Part shown: in pieces, positions 25,401-40,228 of the stretch
Numbering within the stretch: position 1 is the stretch's first letter
Layout of the letters: every line of letters starts with the position of its first letter
Origin: Azolla caroliniana
Lineage: Eukaryota; Plantae; Polypodiophyta
NCBI GenBank assembly: GCA_043228905.1
Contig: JBHGNT010000026.1
Coordinates: 124,001 to 188,000, forward strand
Direction of reading: 5' to 3'
DNA: 64,000 nucleotides
Notes under the pieces: generated by a model
Database searches by the model: none
The model's input: the letters and a program-made list of their open reading frames with translations, nothing else
What the model was told of the DNA's origin: nothing
Program-made: the position numbers and the translations under genes

Positions 25401-28400
25401 ATTAAAATGTTCATACATAGCGAGTGTGATATCGGATTTTTGTGTACAAACATGCGAATCGAAGCTAACAACGCTAGCTATGATATGGAATTAAAAAATC
25501 AAGATTTTGAAACTAAGGTCGAGAGACATGACGAAATTACCAAATTTGAGGAGGGAGTTGAGAGGGGCCCTTGAGTAAATAAAAATGTTCATACCTAGCG
25601 AGTGTGATATCGGAATTTTGTGTTCAAACATGCGAATCGAAGCTAACAACGCTAGCTATGATCTAGAATTAAAAAAGCAAGATTTTGAAACTCAGGTCGA
25701 GAGTCATGACGGAATTACCAAATTTGAGGAGTGAGTTGAGAGGAGCCCTTGAGTAAATTAAAATGTTCATACCTAGCGAGTGTGATATCGGATTTTTGTG
25801 TACAAACATGCGAATCGAAGCTAACAACGCTAGCTATGATATGGAATTGAAAAATCAAGATTTTGAAACTCAGGTCGAGAGACATGACGAAATTAGCAAA
25901 TTTGAGGAGTGAGTTGAGAGAAGCCCTTGAGTAAATTAAAATGTTCATACCTAGCGAGTGTGATATCGGAATTTTGTGTACAAACATGCGAATCGAAGCT
26001 AACAACGCTAGCTATGATATGGAATTAAAAAATCAAGATTTTGAAACTCAGGTCGAGAGACATGACGAAATTAGCAAATTTGAGGAGTGAGTTGAGAGGA
26101 GCCCTTGAGTAAATAAAAATGTTCATACCTAGCTCGTGTGATATCGGATTTTTGTGTACAAACATGCGAATCGAAGCTAACAACGCTAGCTATGACATGG
26201 AATTAAAAAATCAAGATTATGAAACTCAGGTCGAGAGACATGACGAAATTACCAAATTTGAGGAGGGAGTTAAGAAGAGCTATTAGGTAAATTAAAATGT
26301 TCATACCTGGCTCGTGTGATATCGGATTTTTGTGTTCAAACATGCGAATCGAAGCTAACAACGCTAGCTATGACATGGAATTAAAAAATCAAGATTATGA
26401 AACTCAGGTCGAGAGACATGACGAAATTACCAAATTTGAGGAGGGAGTTAAGAAGAGCTATTAGGTAAATTAAAATGTTCATACCTGGCTCGTGTGATAT
26501 CGGATTTTTGTGTTCAAACATGCGAATCGAAGCTAACAACGCTAGCTATGATATAGAATTAAAAAATCAAGATTTTGACACTCAGGTCGAGAGACATGAC
26601 GAAATTACCAAATTTGAGGAGTGAGTTGAGAGGAGCCCTTGAGTAAATTAAAATGTTCATACATAGCGAGTGTGATATCGGATTTTTGTGTACAAACATG
26701 CGAATCGAAGCTAACAACGCTAGCTATGATATGGAATTAAAAAATCAAGATTTTGAAACTAAGGTCGAGAGACATGACGAAATTACCAAATTTGAGGAGG
26801 GAGTTGAGAGGGGCCCTTGAGTAAATAAAAATGTTCATACCTAGCGAGTGTGATATCGGAATTTTGTGTTCAAACATGCGAATCGAAGCTAACAACGCTA
26901 GCTATGATCTAGAATTAAAAAAGCAAGATTTTGAAACTCAGGTCGAGAGTCATGACGGAATTACCAAATTTGAGGAGTGAGTTGAGAGGAGCCCTTGAGT
27001 AAATTAAAATGTTCATACCTAGCGAGTGTGATATCGGATTTTTGTGTACAAACATGCGAATCGAAGCTAACAACGCTAGCTATGATATGGACTTAAAAAA
27101 TCAAGATTTTGAAAGTCAGGTCGAGAGACATGACGAAATTACCAACTTTGAGGAGTGAGTTGAGATGAGCCCTTGAGTATATTAAAATGGTCATACCTAG
27201 CGAGTGTGATATCGGATTTTTGTGTTCAAACATGCGAATCGAAGCCAACAACGCTAGCTATGATATGGAATTAAAAAATCAAGATTTTGAAACTCAGGTC
27301 GAGAGACATGACGAAATTAGCAAATTTGAGGAGTGAGTTGAGAGGAGCCCTTGAGTAAATTAAAATGTTCATACATAGCGAGTGTGATATCGGATTTTTG
27401 TGTACAAACATGCGAATCGAAGCTAACAACGCTAGCTATGATATGGAATTAAAAAATCAAGATTTTGACACTCAGGTCGAGAGACATGACGAAATTACCA
27501 AATTTGAGGAGTGAGTTGAGAGGAGCCCTTGAGTAAATTAAAATGGTCATACCTAGCGAGTGTGATATCGGATTTTTGTGTACAAACATGCGAATCGAAG
27601 CTAACAACGCTAGCTATGACATGGAATTAAAAAATCAAGATTATGAAACTCAGGTCGAGAGACATGACGAAATTACCAAATTTGAGGAGGGAGTTAAGAA
27701 GAGCTATTAGGTAAATTAAAATGTTCATACCTGGCTCGTGTGATATCGGATTTTTGTGTTCAAACATGCGAATCGAAGCTAACAACGCTAGCTATGATAT
27801 AGAATTAAAAAATCAAGATTTTGACACTCAGGTCGAGAGACATGACGAAATTACCAAATTTGAGGAGTGAGTTGAGAGGAGCCCTTGAGTAAATTAAAAT
27901 GTTCATACATAGCGAGTGTGATATCGGATTTTTGTGTACAAACATGCGAATCGAAGCTAACAACGCTAGCTATGATATGGAATTAAAAAATCAAGATTTT
28001 GAAACTAAGGTCGAGAGACATGACGAAATTACCAAATTTGAGGAGGGAGTTGAGAGGGGCCCTTGAGTAAATAAAAATGTTCATACCTAGCGAGTGTGAT
28101 ATCGGAATTTTGTGTTCAAACATGCGAATCGAAGCTAACAACGCTAGCTATGATCTAGAATTAAAAAAGCAAGATTTTGAAACTCAGGTCGAGAGTCATG
28201 ACGGAATTAGCAAATTTGAGGAGTGAGTTGAGAGGAGCCCTTGAGTAAATTAAAATGGTCATACCTAGCGAGTGTGATATCGGATTTTTGTGTACAAACA
28301 TGCGAATCGAAGCTAACAACGCTAGCTATGATATGGAATTGAAAAATCAAGATTTTGAAACTCAGGTCGAGAGACATGACGAAATTAGCAAATTTGAGGA

Positions 28401-31400
28401 GTGAGTTGAGAGAAGCCCTTGAGTAAATTAAAATGTTCATACCTAGCGAGTGTGATATCGGAATTTTGTGTACAAACATGCGAATCGAAGCTAACAACGC
28501 TAGCTATCATATGGAATTGAAAAATCAAGATTTTGAAACTCAGTTCGAGAGACATGACGAAATTAGCAAATTTGAGGAGTGAGTTGAGAGAAGCCCTTGA
28601 GTAAATTAAAATGTTCATACCTAGCTCGTGTGATATCGGATTTTTGTGTACAAACATGCGAATCGAAGCTAACAACGCTAGCTATGACATGGAATTAAAA
28701 AATCAAGATTATGAAACTCAGGTCGAGAGACATGACGAAATTACCAAATTTGAGGAGGGAGTTAAGAAGAGCTATTAGGTAAATTAAAATGTTCATACCT
28801 GGCTCGTGTGATATCGGATTTTTGTGTTCAAACATGCGAATCGAAGCTAACAACGCTAGCTATGATATAGAATTAAAAAATCAAGATTTTGACACTCAGG
28901 TCGAGAGACATGACGAAATTACCAAATTTGAGGAGTGAGTTGAGAGGAGCCCTTGAGTAAATTAAAATGTTCATACATAGCGAGTGTGATATCGGATTTT
29001 TGTGTACAAACATGCGAATCGAAGCTAACAACGCTAGCTATGATATGGAATTAAAAAATCAAGATTTTGAAACTAAGGTCGAGAGACATGACGAAATTAC
29101 CAAATTTGAGGAGGGAGTTGAGAGGGGCCCTTGAGTAAATAAAAATGTTCATACCTAGCGAGTGTGATATCGGAATTTTGTGTTCAAACATGCGAATCGA
29201 AGCTAACAACGCTAGCTATGATCTAGAATTAAAAAAGCAAGATTTTGAAACTCAGGTCGAGAGTCATGACGGAATTACCAAATTTGAGGAGTGAGTTGAG
29301 AGGAGCCCTTGAGTAAATTAAAATGTTCATACCTAGCGAGTGTGATATCGGATTTTTGTGTACAAACATGCGAATCGAAGCTAACAACGCTAGCTATGAT
29401 ATGGAATTGAAAAATCAAGATTTTGAAACTCAGGTCGAGAGACATGACGAAATTAGCAAATTTGAGGAGTGAGTTGAGAGAAGCCCTTGAGTAAATTAAA
29501 ATGTTCATACCTAGCGAGTGTGATATCGGAATTTTGTGTACAAACATGCGAATCGAAGCTAACAACGCTAGCTATGATATGGAATTAAAAAATCAAGATT
29601 TTGAAACTCAGGTCGAGAGACATGACGAAATTAGCAAATTTGAGGAGTGAGTTGAGAGGAGCCCTTGAGTAAATAAAAATGTTCATACCTAGCTCGTGTG
29701 ATATCGGATTTTTGTGTACAAACATGCGAATCGAAGCTAACAACGCTAGCTATGACATGGAATTAAAAAATCAAGATTATGAAACTCAGGTCGAGAGACA
29801 TGACGAAATTACCAAATTTGAGGAGGGAGTTAAGAAGAGCTATTAGGTAAATTAAAATGTTCATACCTGGCTCGTGTGATATCGGATTTTTGTGTTCAAA
29901 CATGCGAATCGAAGCTAACAACGCTAGCTATGACATGGAATTAAAAAATCAAGATTATGAAACTCAGGTCGAGAGACATGACGAAATTACCAAATTTGAG
30001 GAGGGAGTTAAGAAGAGCTATTAGGTAAATTAAAATGTTCATACCTGGCTCGTGTGATATCGGATTTTTGTGTTCAAACATGCGAATCGAAGCTAACAAC
30101 GCTAGCTATGATATAGAATTAAAAAATCAAGATTTTGACACTCAGGTCGAGAGACATGACGAAATTACCAAATTTGAGGAGTGAGTTGAGAGGAGCCCTT
30201 GAGTAAATTAAAATGTTCATACATAGCGAGTGTGATATCGGATTTTTGTGTACAAACATGCGAATCGAAGCTAACAACGCTAGCTATGATATGGAATTAA
30301 AAAATCAAGATTTTGAAACTAAGGTCGAGAGACATGACGAAATTACCAAATTTGAGGAGGGAGTTGAGAGGGGCCCTTGAGTAAATAAAAATGTTCATAC
30401 CTAGCGAGTGTGATATCGGAATTTTGTGTTCAAACATGCGAATCGAAGCTAACAACGCTAGCTATGATCTAGAATTAAAAAAGCAAGATTTTGAAACTCA
30501 GGTCGAGAGTCATGACGGAATTACCAAATTTGAGGAGTGAGTTGAGAGGAGCCCTTGAGTAAATTAAAATGTTCATACCTAGCGAGTGTGATATCGGATT
30601 TTTGTGTACAAACATGCGAATCGAAGCTAACAACGCTAGCTATGATATGGACTTAAAAAATCAAGATTTTGAAAGTCAGGTCGAGAGACATGACGAAATT
30701 ACCAACTTTGAGGAGTGAGTTGAGATGAGCCCTTGAGTATATTAAAATGGTCATACCTAGCGAGTGTGATATCGGATTTTTGTGTTCAAACATGCGAATC
30801 GAAGCCAACAACGCTAGCTATGATATGGAATTAAAAAATCAAGATTTTGAAACTCAGGTCGAGAGACATGACGAAATTAGCAAATTTGAGGAGTGAGTTG
30901 AGAGGAGCCCTTGAGTAAATTAAAATGGTCATACCTAGCGAGTGTGATATCGGATTTTTGTGTACAAACATGCGAATCGAAGCTAACAACGCTAGCTATG
31001 ACATGGAATTAAAAAATCAAGATTATGAAACTCAGGTCGAGAGACATGACGAAATTACCAAATTTGAGGAGGGAGTTAAGAAGAGCTATTAGGTAAATTA
31101 AAATGTTCATACCTGGCTCGTGTGATATCGGATTTTTGTGTTCAAACATGCGAATCGAAGCTAACAACGCTAGCTATGATATAGAATTAAAAAATCAAGA
31201 TTTTGACACTCAGGTCGAGAGACATGACGAAATTACCAAATTTGAGGAGTGAGTTGAGAGGAGCCCTTGAGTAAATTAAAATGTTCATACATAGCGAGTG
31301 TGATATCGGATTTTTGTGTACAAACATGCGAATCGAAGCTAACAACGCTAGCTATGATATGGAATTAAAAAATCAAGATTTTGAAACTAAGGTCGAGAGA

Positions 31401-34400
31401 CATGACGAAATTACCAAATTTGAGGAGGGAGTTGAGAGGGGCCCTTGAGTAAATAAAAATGTTCATACCTAGCGAGTGTGATATCGGAATTTTGTGTTCA
31501 AACATGCGAATCGAAGCTAACAACGCTAGCTATGATCTAGAATTAAAAAAGCAAGATTTTGAAACTCAGGTCGAGAGTCATGACGGAATTACCAAATTTG
31601 AGGAGTGAGTTGAGAGGAGCCCTTGAGTAAATTAAAATGTTCATACCTAGCGAGTGTGATATCGGATTTTTGTGTACAAACATGCGAATCGAAGCTAACA
31701 ACGCTAGCTATGATATGGAATTGAAAAATCAAGATTTTGAAACTCAGGTCGAGAGACATGACGAAATTAGCAAATTTGAGGAGTGAGTTGAGAGAAGCCC
31801 TTGAGTAAATTAAAATGTTCATACCTAGCGAGTGTGATATCGGAATTTTGTGTACAAACATGCGAATCGAAGCTAACAACGCTAGCTATGATATGGAATT
31901 GAAAAATCAAGATTTTGAAACTCAGGTCGAGAGACATGACGAAATTAGCAAATTTGAGGAGTGAGTTGAGAGGAGCCCTTGAGTAAATAAAAATGTTCAT
32001 ACCTAGCTCGTGTGATATCGGATTTTTGTGTACAAACATGCGAATCGAAGCTAACAACGCTAGCTATGACATGGAATTAAAAAATCAAGATTATGAAACT
32101 CAGGTCGAGAGACATGACGAAATTACCAAATTTGAGGAGGGAGTTAAGAAGAGCTATTAGGTAAATTAAAATGTTCATACCTGGCTCGTGTGATATCGGA
32201 TTTTTGTGTTCAAACATGCGAATCGAAGCTAACAACGCTAGCTATGACATGGAATTAAAAAATCAAGATTATGAAACTCAGGTCGAGAGACATGACGAAA
32301 TTACCAAATTTGAGGAGGGAGTTAAGAAGAGCTATTAGGTAAATTAAAATGTTCATACCTGGCTCGTGTGATATCGGATTTTTGTGTTCAAACATGCGAA
32401 TCGAAGCTAACAACGCTAGCTATGATATAGAATTAAAAAATCAAGATTTTGACACTCAGGTCGAGAGACATGACGAAATTACCAAATTTGAGGAGTGAGT
32501 TGAGAGGAGCCCTTGAGTAAATTAAAATGTTCATACATAGCGAGTGTGATATCGGATTTTTGTGTACAAACATGCGAATCGAAGCTAACAACGCTAGCTA
32601 TGATATGGAATTAAAAAATCAAGATTTTGAAACTAAGGTCGAGAGACATGACGAAATTACCAAATTTGAGGAGGGAGTTGAGAGGGGCCCTTGAGTAAAT
32701 AAAAATGTTCATACCTAGCGAGTGTGATATCGGAATTTTGTGTTCAAACATGCGAATCGAAGCTAACAACGCTAGCTATGATCTAGAATTAAAAAAGCAA
32801 GATTTTGAAACTCAGGTCGAGAGTCATGACGGAATTACCAAATTTGAGGAGTGAGTTGAGAGGAGCCCTTGAGTAAATTAAAATGTTCATACCTAGCGAG
32901 TGTGATATCGGATTTTTGTGTACAAACATGCGAATCGAAGCTAACAACGCTAGCTATGATATGGACTTAAAAAATCAAGATTTTGAAAGTCAGGTCGAGA
33001 GACATGACGAAATTACCAACTTTGAGGAGTGAGTTGAGATGAGCCCTTGAGTATATTAAAATGGTCATACCTAGCGAGTGTGATATCGGATTTTTGTGTT
33101 CAAACATGCGAATCGAAGCCAACAACGCTAGCTATGATATGGAATTAAAAAATCAAGATTTTGAAACTCAGGTCGAGAGACATGACGAAATTAGCAAATT
33201 TGAGGAGTGAGTTGAGAGGAGCCCTTGAGTAAATTAAAATGGTCATACCTAGCGAGTGTGATATCGGATTTTTGTGTACAAACATGCGAATCGAAGCTAA
33301 CAACGCTAGCTATGACATGGAATTAAAAAATCAAGATTATGAAACTCAGGTCGAGAGACATGACGAAATTACCAAATTTGAGGAGGGAGTTAAGAAGAGC
33401 TATTAGGTAAATTAAAATGTTCATACCTGGCTCGTGTGATATCGGATTTTTGTGTTCAAACATGCGAATCGAAGCTAACAACGCTAGCTATGATATAGAA
33501 TTAAAAAATCAAGATTTTGACACTCAGGTCGAGAGACATGACGAAATTACCAAATTTGAGGAGTGAGTTGAGAGGAGCCCTTGAGTAAATTAAAATGTTC
33601 ATACATAGCGAGTGTGATATCGGATTTTTGTGTACAAACATGCGAATCGAAGCTAACAACGCTAGCTATGATATGGAATTAAAAAATCAAGATTTTGAAA
33701 CTAAGGTCGAGAGACATGACGAAATTACCAAATTTGAGGAGGGAGTTGAGAGGGGCCCTTGAGTAAATAAAAATGTTCATACCTAGCGAGTGTGATATCG
33801 GAATTTTGTGTTCAAACATGCGAATCGAAGCTAACAACGCTAGCTATGATCTAGAATTAAAAAAGCAAGATTTTGAAACTCAGGTCGAGAGTCATGACGG
33901 AATTACCAAATTTGAGGAGTGAGTTGAGAGGAGCCCTTGAGTAAATTAAAATGTTCATACCTAGCGAGTGTGATATCGGATTTTTGTGTACAAACATGCG
34001 AATCGAAGCTAACAACGCTAGCTATGATATGGAATTGAAAAATCAAGATTTTGAAACTCAGGTCGAGAGACATGACGAAATTAGCAAATTTGAGGAGTGA
34101 GTTGAGAGGAGCCCTTGAGTAAATTAAAATGGTCATACCTAGCGAGTGTGATATCGGATTTTTGTGTACAAACATGCGAATCGAAGCTAACAACGCTAGC
34201 TATGACATGGAATTAAAAAATCAAGATTATGAAACTCAGGTCGAGAGACATGACGAAATTACCAAATTTGAGGAGGGAGTTAAGAAGAGCTATTAGGTAA
34301 ATTAAAATGTTCATACCTGGCTCGTGTGATATCGGATTTTTGTGTTCAAACATGCGAATCGAAGCTAACAACGCTAGCTATGATATAGAATTAAAAAATC

Positions 34401-37400
34401 AAGATTTTGACACTCAGGTCGAGAGACATGACGAAATTACCAAATTTGAGGAGTGAGTTGAGAGGAGCCCTTGAGTAAATTAAAATGTTCATACATAGCG
34501 AGTGTGATATCGGATTTTTGTGTACAAACATGCGAATCGAAGCTAACAACGCTAGCTATGATATGGAATTAAAAAATCAAGATTTTGAAACTAAGGTCGA
34601 GAGACATGACGAAATTACCAAATTTGAGGAGGGAGTTGAGAGGGGCCCTTGAGTAAATAAAAATGTTCATACCTAGCGAGTGTGATATCGGAATTTTGTG
34701 TTCAAACATGCGAATCGAAGCTAACAACGCTAGCTATGATCTAGAATTAAAAAAGCAAGATTTTGAAACTCAGGTCGAGAGTCATGACGGAATTACCAAA
34801 TTTGAGGAGTGAGTTGAGAGGAGCCCTTGAGTAAATTAAAATGTTCATACCTAGCGAGTGTGATATCGGATTTTTGTGTACAAACATGCGAATCGAAGCT
34901 AACAACGCTAGCTATGATATGGAATTGAAAAATCAAGATTTTGAAACTCAGGTCGAGAGACATGACGAAATTAGCAAATTTGAGGAGTGAGTTGAGAGAA
35001 GCCCTTGAGTAAATTAAAATGTTCATACCTAGCGAGTGTGATATCGGAATTTTGTGTACAAACATGCGAATCGAAGCTAACAACGCTAGCTATGATATGG
35101 AATTGAAAAATCAAGATTTTGAAACTCAGGTCGAGAGACATGACGAAATTAGCAAATTTGAGGAGTGAGTTGAGAGGAGCCCTTGAGTAAATAAAAATGT
35201 TCATACCTAGCTCGTGTGATATCGGATTTTTGTGTACAAACATGCGAATCGAAGCTAACAACGCTAGCTATGACATGGAATTAAAAAATCAAGATTATGA
35301 AACTCAGGTCGAGAGACATGACGAAATTACCAAATTTGAGGAGGGAGTTAAGAAGAGCTATTAGGTAAATTAAAATGTTCATACCTGGCTCGTGTGATAT
35401 CGGATTTTTGTGTTCAAACATGCGAATCGAAGCTAACAACGCTAGCTATGATATAGAATTAAAAAATCAAGATTTTGACACTCAGGTCGAGAGACATGAC
35501 GAAATTACCAAATTTGAGGAGTGAGTTGAGAGGAGCCCTTGAGTAAATTAAAATGTTCATACATAGCGAGTGTGATATCGGATTTTTGTGTACAAACATG
35601 CGAATCGAAGCTAACAACGCTAGCTATGATATAGAATTAAAAAATCAAGATTTTGACACTCAGGTCGAGAGACATGACGAAATTACCAAATTTGAGGAGT
35701 GAGTTGAGAGGAGCCCTTGAGTAAATTAAAATGTTCATACATAGCGAGTGTGATATCGGATTTTTGTGTACAAACATGCGAATCGAAGATAACAACGCTA
35801 GCTATGATATGGAATTAAAAAATCAAGATTTTGAAACTAAGGTCGAGAGACATGACGAAATTACCAAATTTGAGGAGTGAGTTGAGAGGAGCCCTTGAGT
35901 ATATTAAAATGGTCATACCTAGCGAGTGTGATATTGGATTTTTGTGTTCAAACATGCGAATCGAAGCCAACAACGCTAGCTATGATATGGAATTAAAAAA
36001 TCAAGATTTTGAAACTCAGGTCGAGAGACATGACGAAATTAGCAAATTTGAGGAGTGAGTTGAGAGGAGCCCTTGAGTAAATAAAAATGTTCATACCTAG
36101 CTCGTGTGATATCGGATTTTTGTGTACAAACATGCGAATCGAAGCTAACAACGCTAGCTATGACATGGAATTAAAAAATCAAGATTATGAAACTCAGGTC
36201 GAGAGACATGACGAAATTACCAAATTTGAGGAGGGAGTTAAGAAGAGCTATTAGGTAAATTAAAATGTTCATACCTGGCTCGTGTGATATCGGATTTTTG
36301 TGTTCAAACATGCGAATCGAAGCTAACAACGCTAGCTATGATATAGAATTAAAAAATCAAGATTTTGACACTCAGGTCGAGAGACATGACGAAATTACCA
36401 AATTTGAGGAGTGAGTTGAGAGGAGCCCTTGAGTAAATTAAAATGTTCATACATAGCGAGTGTGATATCGGATTTTTGTGTACAAACATGCGAATCGAAG
36501 CTAACAACGCTAGCTATGATATAGAATTAAAAAATCAAGATTTTGACACTCAGGTCGAGAGACATGACGAAATTACCAAATTTGAGGAGTGAGTTGAGAG
36601 GAGCCCTTGAGTAAATTAAAATGTTCATACATAGCGAGTGTGATATCGGATTTTTGTGTACAAACATGCGAATCGAAGATAACAACGCTAGCTATGATAT
36701 GGAATTAAAAAATCAAGATTTTGAAACTAAGGTCGAGAGACATGACGAAATTACCAAATTTGAGGAGGGAGTTGAGAGGAGCCCTTGAGTATATTAAAAT
36801 GGTCATACCTAGCGAGTGTGATATTGGATTTTTGTGTTCAAACATGCGAATCGAAGCCAACAACGCTAGCTATGATATGGAATTAAAAAATCAAGATTTT
36901 GAAACTCAGGTCGAGAGACATGACGAAATTAGCAAATTTGAGGAGTGAGTTGAGAGGAGCCCTTGAGTAAATTAAAATGGTCATACCTGGGTCGTGTGAT
37001 ATCGGATTTTTGTGTTCAAACATGCGAATCGAAGCTAACAACGCTAGCTATGATATGGACTTAAAAAATCAAGATTTTGAAAGTCAGGTCGAGAGACATG
37101 ACGAAATTACCAACTTTGAGGAGTGAGTTGAGATGAGCCCTTGAGTATATTAAAATGGTCATACCTAGCGAGTGTGATATCGGATTTTTGTGTTCAAACA
37201 TGCGAATCGAAGCCAACAACGCTAGCTATGATATGGAATTAAAAAATCAAGATTTTGAAACTCAGGTCGAGAGACATGACGAAATTAGCAAATTTGAGGA
37301 GTGAGTTGAGAGGAGCCCTTGAGTAAATTAAAATGGTCATACCTAGCGAGTGTGATATCGGATTTTTGTGTACAAACATGCGAATCGAAGCTAACAACGC

Positions 37401-40228
37401 TAGCTATGACATGGAATTAAAAAATCAAGATTATGAAACTCAGGTCGAGAGACATGACGAAATTACCAAATTTGAGGAGGGAGTTAAGAAGAGCTATTAG
37501 GTAAATTAAAATGTTCATACCTGGCTCGTGTGATATCGGATTTTTGTGTTCAAACATGCGAATCGAAGCTAACAACGCTAGCTATGATATAGAATTAAAA
37601 AATCAAGATTTTGACACTCAGGTCGAGAGACATGACGAAATTACCAAATTTGAGGAGTGAGTTGAGAGGAGCCCTTGAGTAAATTAAAATGTTCATACAT
37701 AGCGAGTGTGATATCGGATTTTTGTGTACAAACATGCGAATCGAAGCTAACAACGCTAGCTATGATATGGAATTAAAAAATCAAGATTTTGAAACTAAGG
37801 TCGAGAGACATGACGAAATTACCAAATTTGAGGAGGGAGTTGAGAGGGGCCCTTGAGTAAATAAAAATGTTCATACCTAGCGAGTGTGATATCGGAATTT
37901 TGTGTTCAAACATGCGAATCGAAGCTAACAACGCTAGCTATGATCTAGAATTAAAAAAGCAAGATTTTGAAACTCAGGTCGAGAGTCATGACGGAATTAC
38001 CAAATTTGAGGAGTGAGTTGAGAGGAGCCCTTGAGTAAATTAAAATGTTCATACCTAGCGAGTGTGATATCGGATTTTTGTGTACAAACATGCGAATCGA
38101 AGCTAACAACGCTAGCTATGATATGGAATTGAAAAATCAAGATTTTGAAACTCAGGTCGAGAGACATGACGAAATTAGCAAATTTGAGGAGTGAGTTGAG
38201 AGAAGCCCTTGAGTAAATTAAAATGTTCATACCTAGCGAGTGTGATATCGGAATTTTGTGTACAAACATGCGAATCGAAGCTAACAACGCTAGCTATGAT
38301 ATGGAATTGAAAAATCAAGATTTTGAAACTCAGGTCGAGAGACATGACGAAATTAGCAAATTTGAGGAGTGAGTTGAGAGGAGCCCTTGAGTAAATAAAA
38401 ATGTTCATACCTAGCTCGTGTGATATCGGATTTTTGTGTACAAACATGCGAATCGAAGCTAACAACGCTAGCTATGACATGGAATTAAAAAATCAAGATT
38501 ATGAAACTCAGGTCGAGAGACATGACGAAATTACCAAATTTGAGGAGGGAGTTAAGAAGAGCTATTAGGTAAATTAAAATGTTCATACCTGGCTCGTGTG
38601 ATATCGGATTTTTGTGTTCAAACATGCGAATCGAAGCTAACAACGCTAGCTATGATATAGAATTAAAAAATCAAGATTTTGACACTCAGGTCGAGAGACA
38701 TGACGAAATTACCAAATTTGAGGAGTGAGTTGAGAGGAGCCCTTGAGTAAATTAAAATGTTCATACATAGCGAGTGTGATATCGTATTTTTGTGTACAAA
38801 CATGCGAATCGAAGCTAACAACGCTAGCTATGATATAGAATTAAAAAATCAAGATTTTGACACTCAGGTCGAGAGACATGACGAAATTACCAAATTTGAG
38901 GAGTGAGTTGAGAGGAGCCCTTGAGTAAATTAAAATGTTCATACATAGCGAGTGTGATATCGGATTTTTGTGTACAAACATGCGAATCGAAGATAACAAC
39001 GCTAGCTATGATATGGAATTAAAAAATCAAGATTTTGAAACTAAGGTCGAGAGACATGACGAAATTACCAAATTTGAGGAGGGAGTTGAGAGGAGCCCTT
39101 GAGTATATTAAAATGGTCATACCTAGCGAGTGTGATATTGGATTTTTGTGTTCAAACATGCGAATCGAAGCCAACAACGCTAGCTATGATATGGAATTAA
39201 AAAATCAAGATTTTGAAACTCAGGTCGAGAGACATGACGAAATTAGCAAATTTGAGGAGTGAGTTGAGAGGAGCCCTTGAGTAAATTAAAATGGTCATAC
39301 CTAGCGAGTGTGATATCGGATTTTTGTGTACAAACATGCGAATCGAAGCTAACAACGCTAGCTATGACATGGAATTAAAAAATCAAGATTATGAAACTCA
39401 GGTCGAGAGACATGACGAAATTACCAAATTTGAGGAGGGAGTTAAGAAGAGCTATTAGGTAAATTAAAATGTTCATACCTGGCTCGTGTGATATCGGATT
39501 TTTGTGTTCAAACATGCGAATCGAAGCTAACAACGCTAGCTATGATATAGAATTAAAAAATCAAGATTTTGACACTCAGGTCGAGAGACATGACGAAATT
39601 ACCAAATTTGAGGAGTGAGTTGAGAGGAGCCCTTGAGTAAATTAAAATGTTCATACCTAGCGAGTGTGATATCGGAATTTTGTGTTCAAACATGCGAATC
39701 AAACCTAACAACGCTAGCTATGATCTAGAATTAAAAAAGGAAGATTTTGAAACTCAGGTCGAGAGTCATGACGGAATTAGCAAATTTGAGGAGTGAGTTG
39801 AGAGGAGCCCTTGAGTAAATTAAAAGGGTCATACCTAGCGAGTGTGATATCGGATTTTTGTGTACAAACATGCGAATCGAAGCTAACAAGGCTAGCTATC
39901 ATATGGAATTGAAAAATCAAGATTTTGAAACTCAGGTCGAGAGACATGACGAAATTAGCAAATTTGAGGAGTGAGTTGAGAGAAGCCCTTGAGTAAATTA
40001 AAATGTTCATACCTAGCGAGTGTGATATCGGAATTTTGTGTACAAACATGCGAATCGAAGCTAACAACGCTAGCTATGACATGGAATTAAAAAATCAAGA
40101 TTTTGAAACTCAGGTCGAGAGACATGACGAAATTAGCAAATTTGAGGAGTGAGTTAAGAAGAGCTATTAGGTAAATTAAAATGTTCATACCTGGCTCGTG
40201 TGATATCGGATTTTTGTGTTCAAACATG
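19403..40228. repeat. Central highly homogeneous domain built on an A-D-K-X-E-F 6-mer core; no G-type monomers seen
   Basis: Recurrent order A (GTTAAGAAGAGCTATTAGG), D (ATAGAA/GACACT/ACATAGC), K (ACTAAGG/GGGGCCC), X (TCTAGA/GTCATGACGG), E (GAGAAGCCC), F (AAATAAAAA/CTAGCTCG). GCGCGTGAG was not seen between ~18810 and ~40340. Confidence 0.85.
25099..33998. repeat. 13-monomer (2314-bp) HOR A-D-K-X-E-F-A-A-D-K-X-M-B at 25099-27412, 28659-30972, 30973-33286 and partial 33287-33998
   Basis: Marker GAAAGTCAGG at 27111, 30671 (+3560) and 32985 (+2314). ORFs 29275/31589/33903 are spaced 2314 apart. Confidence 0.85.
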
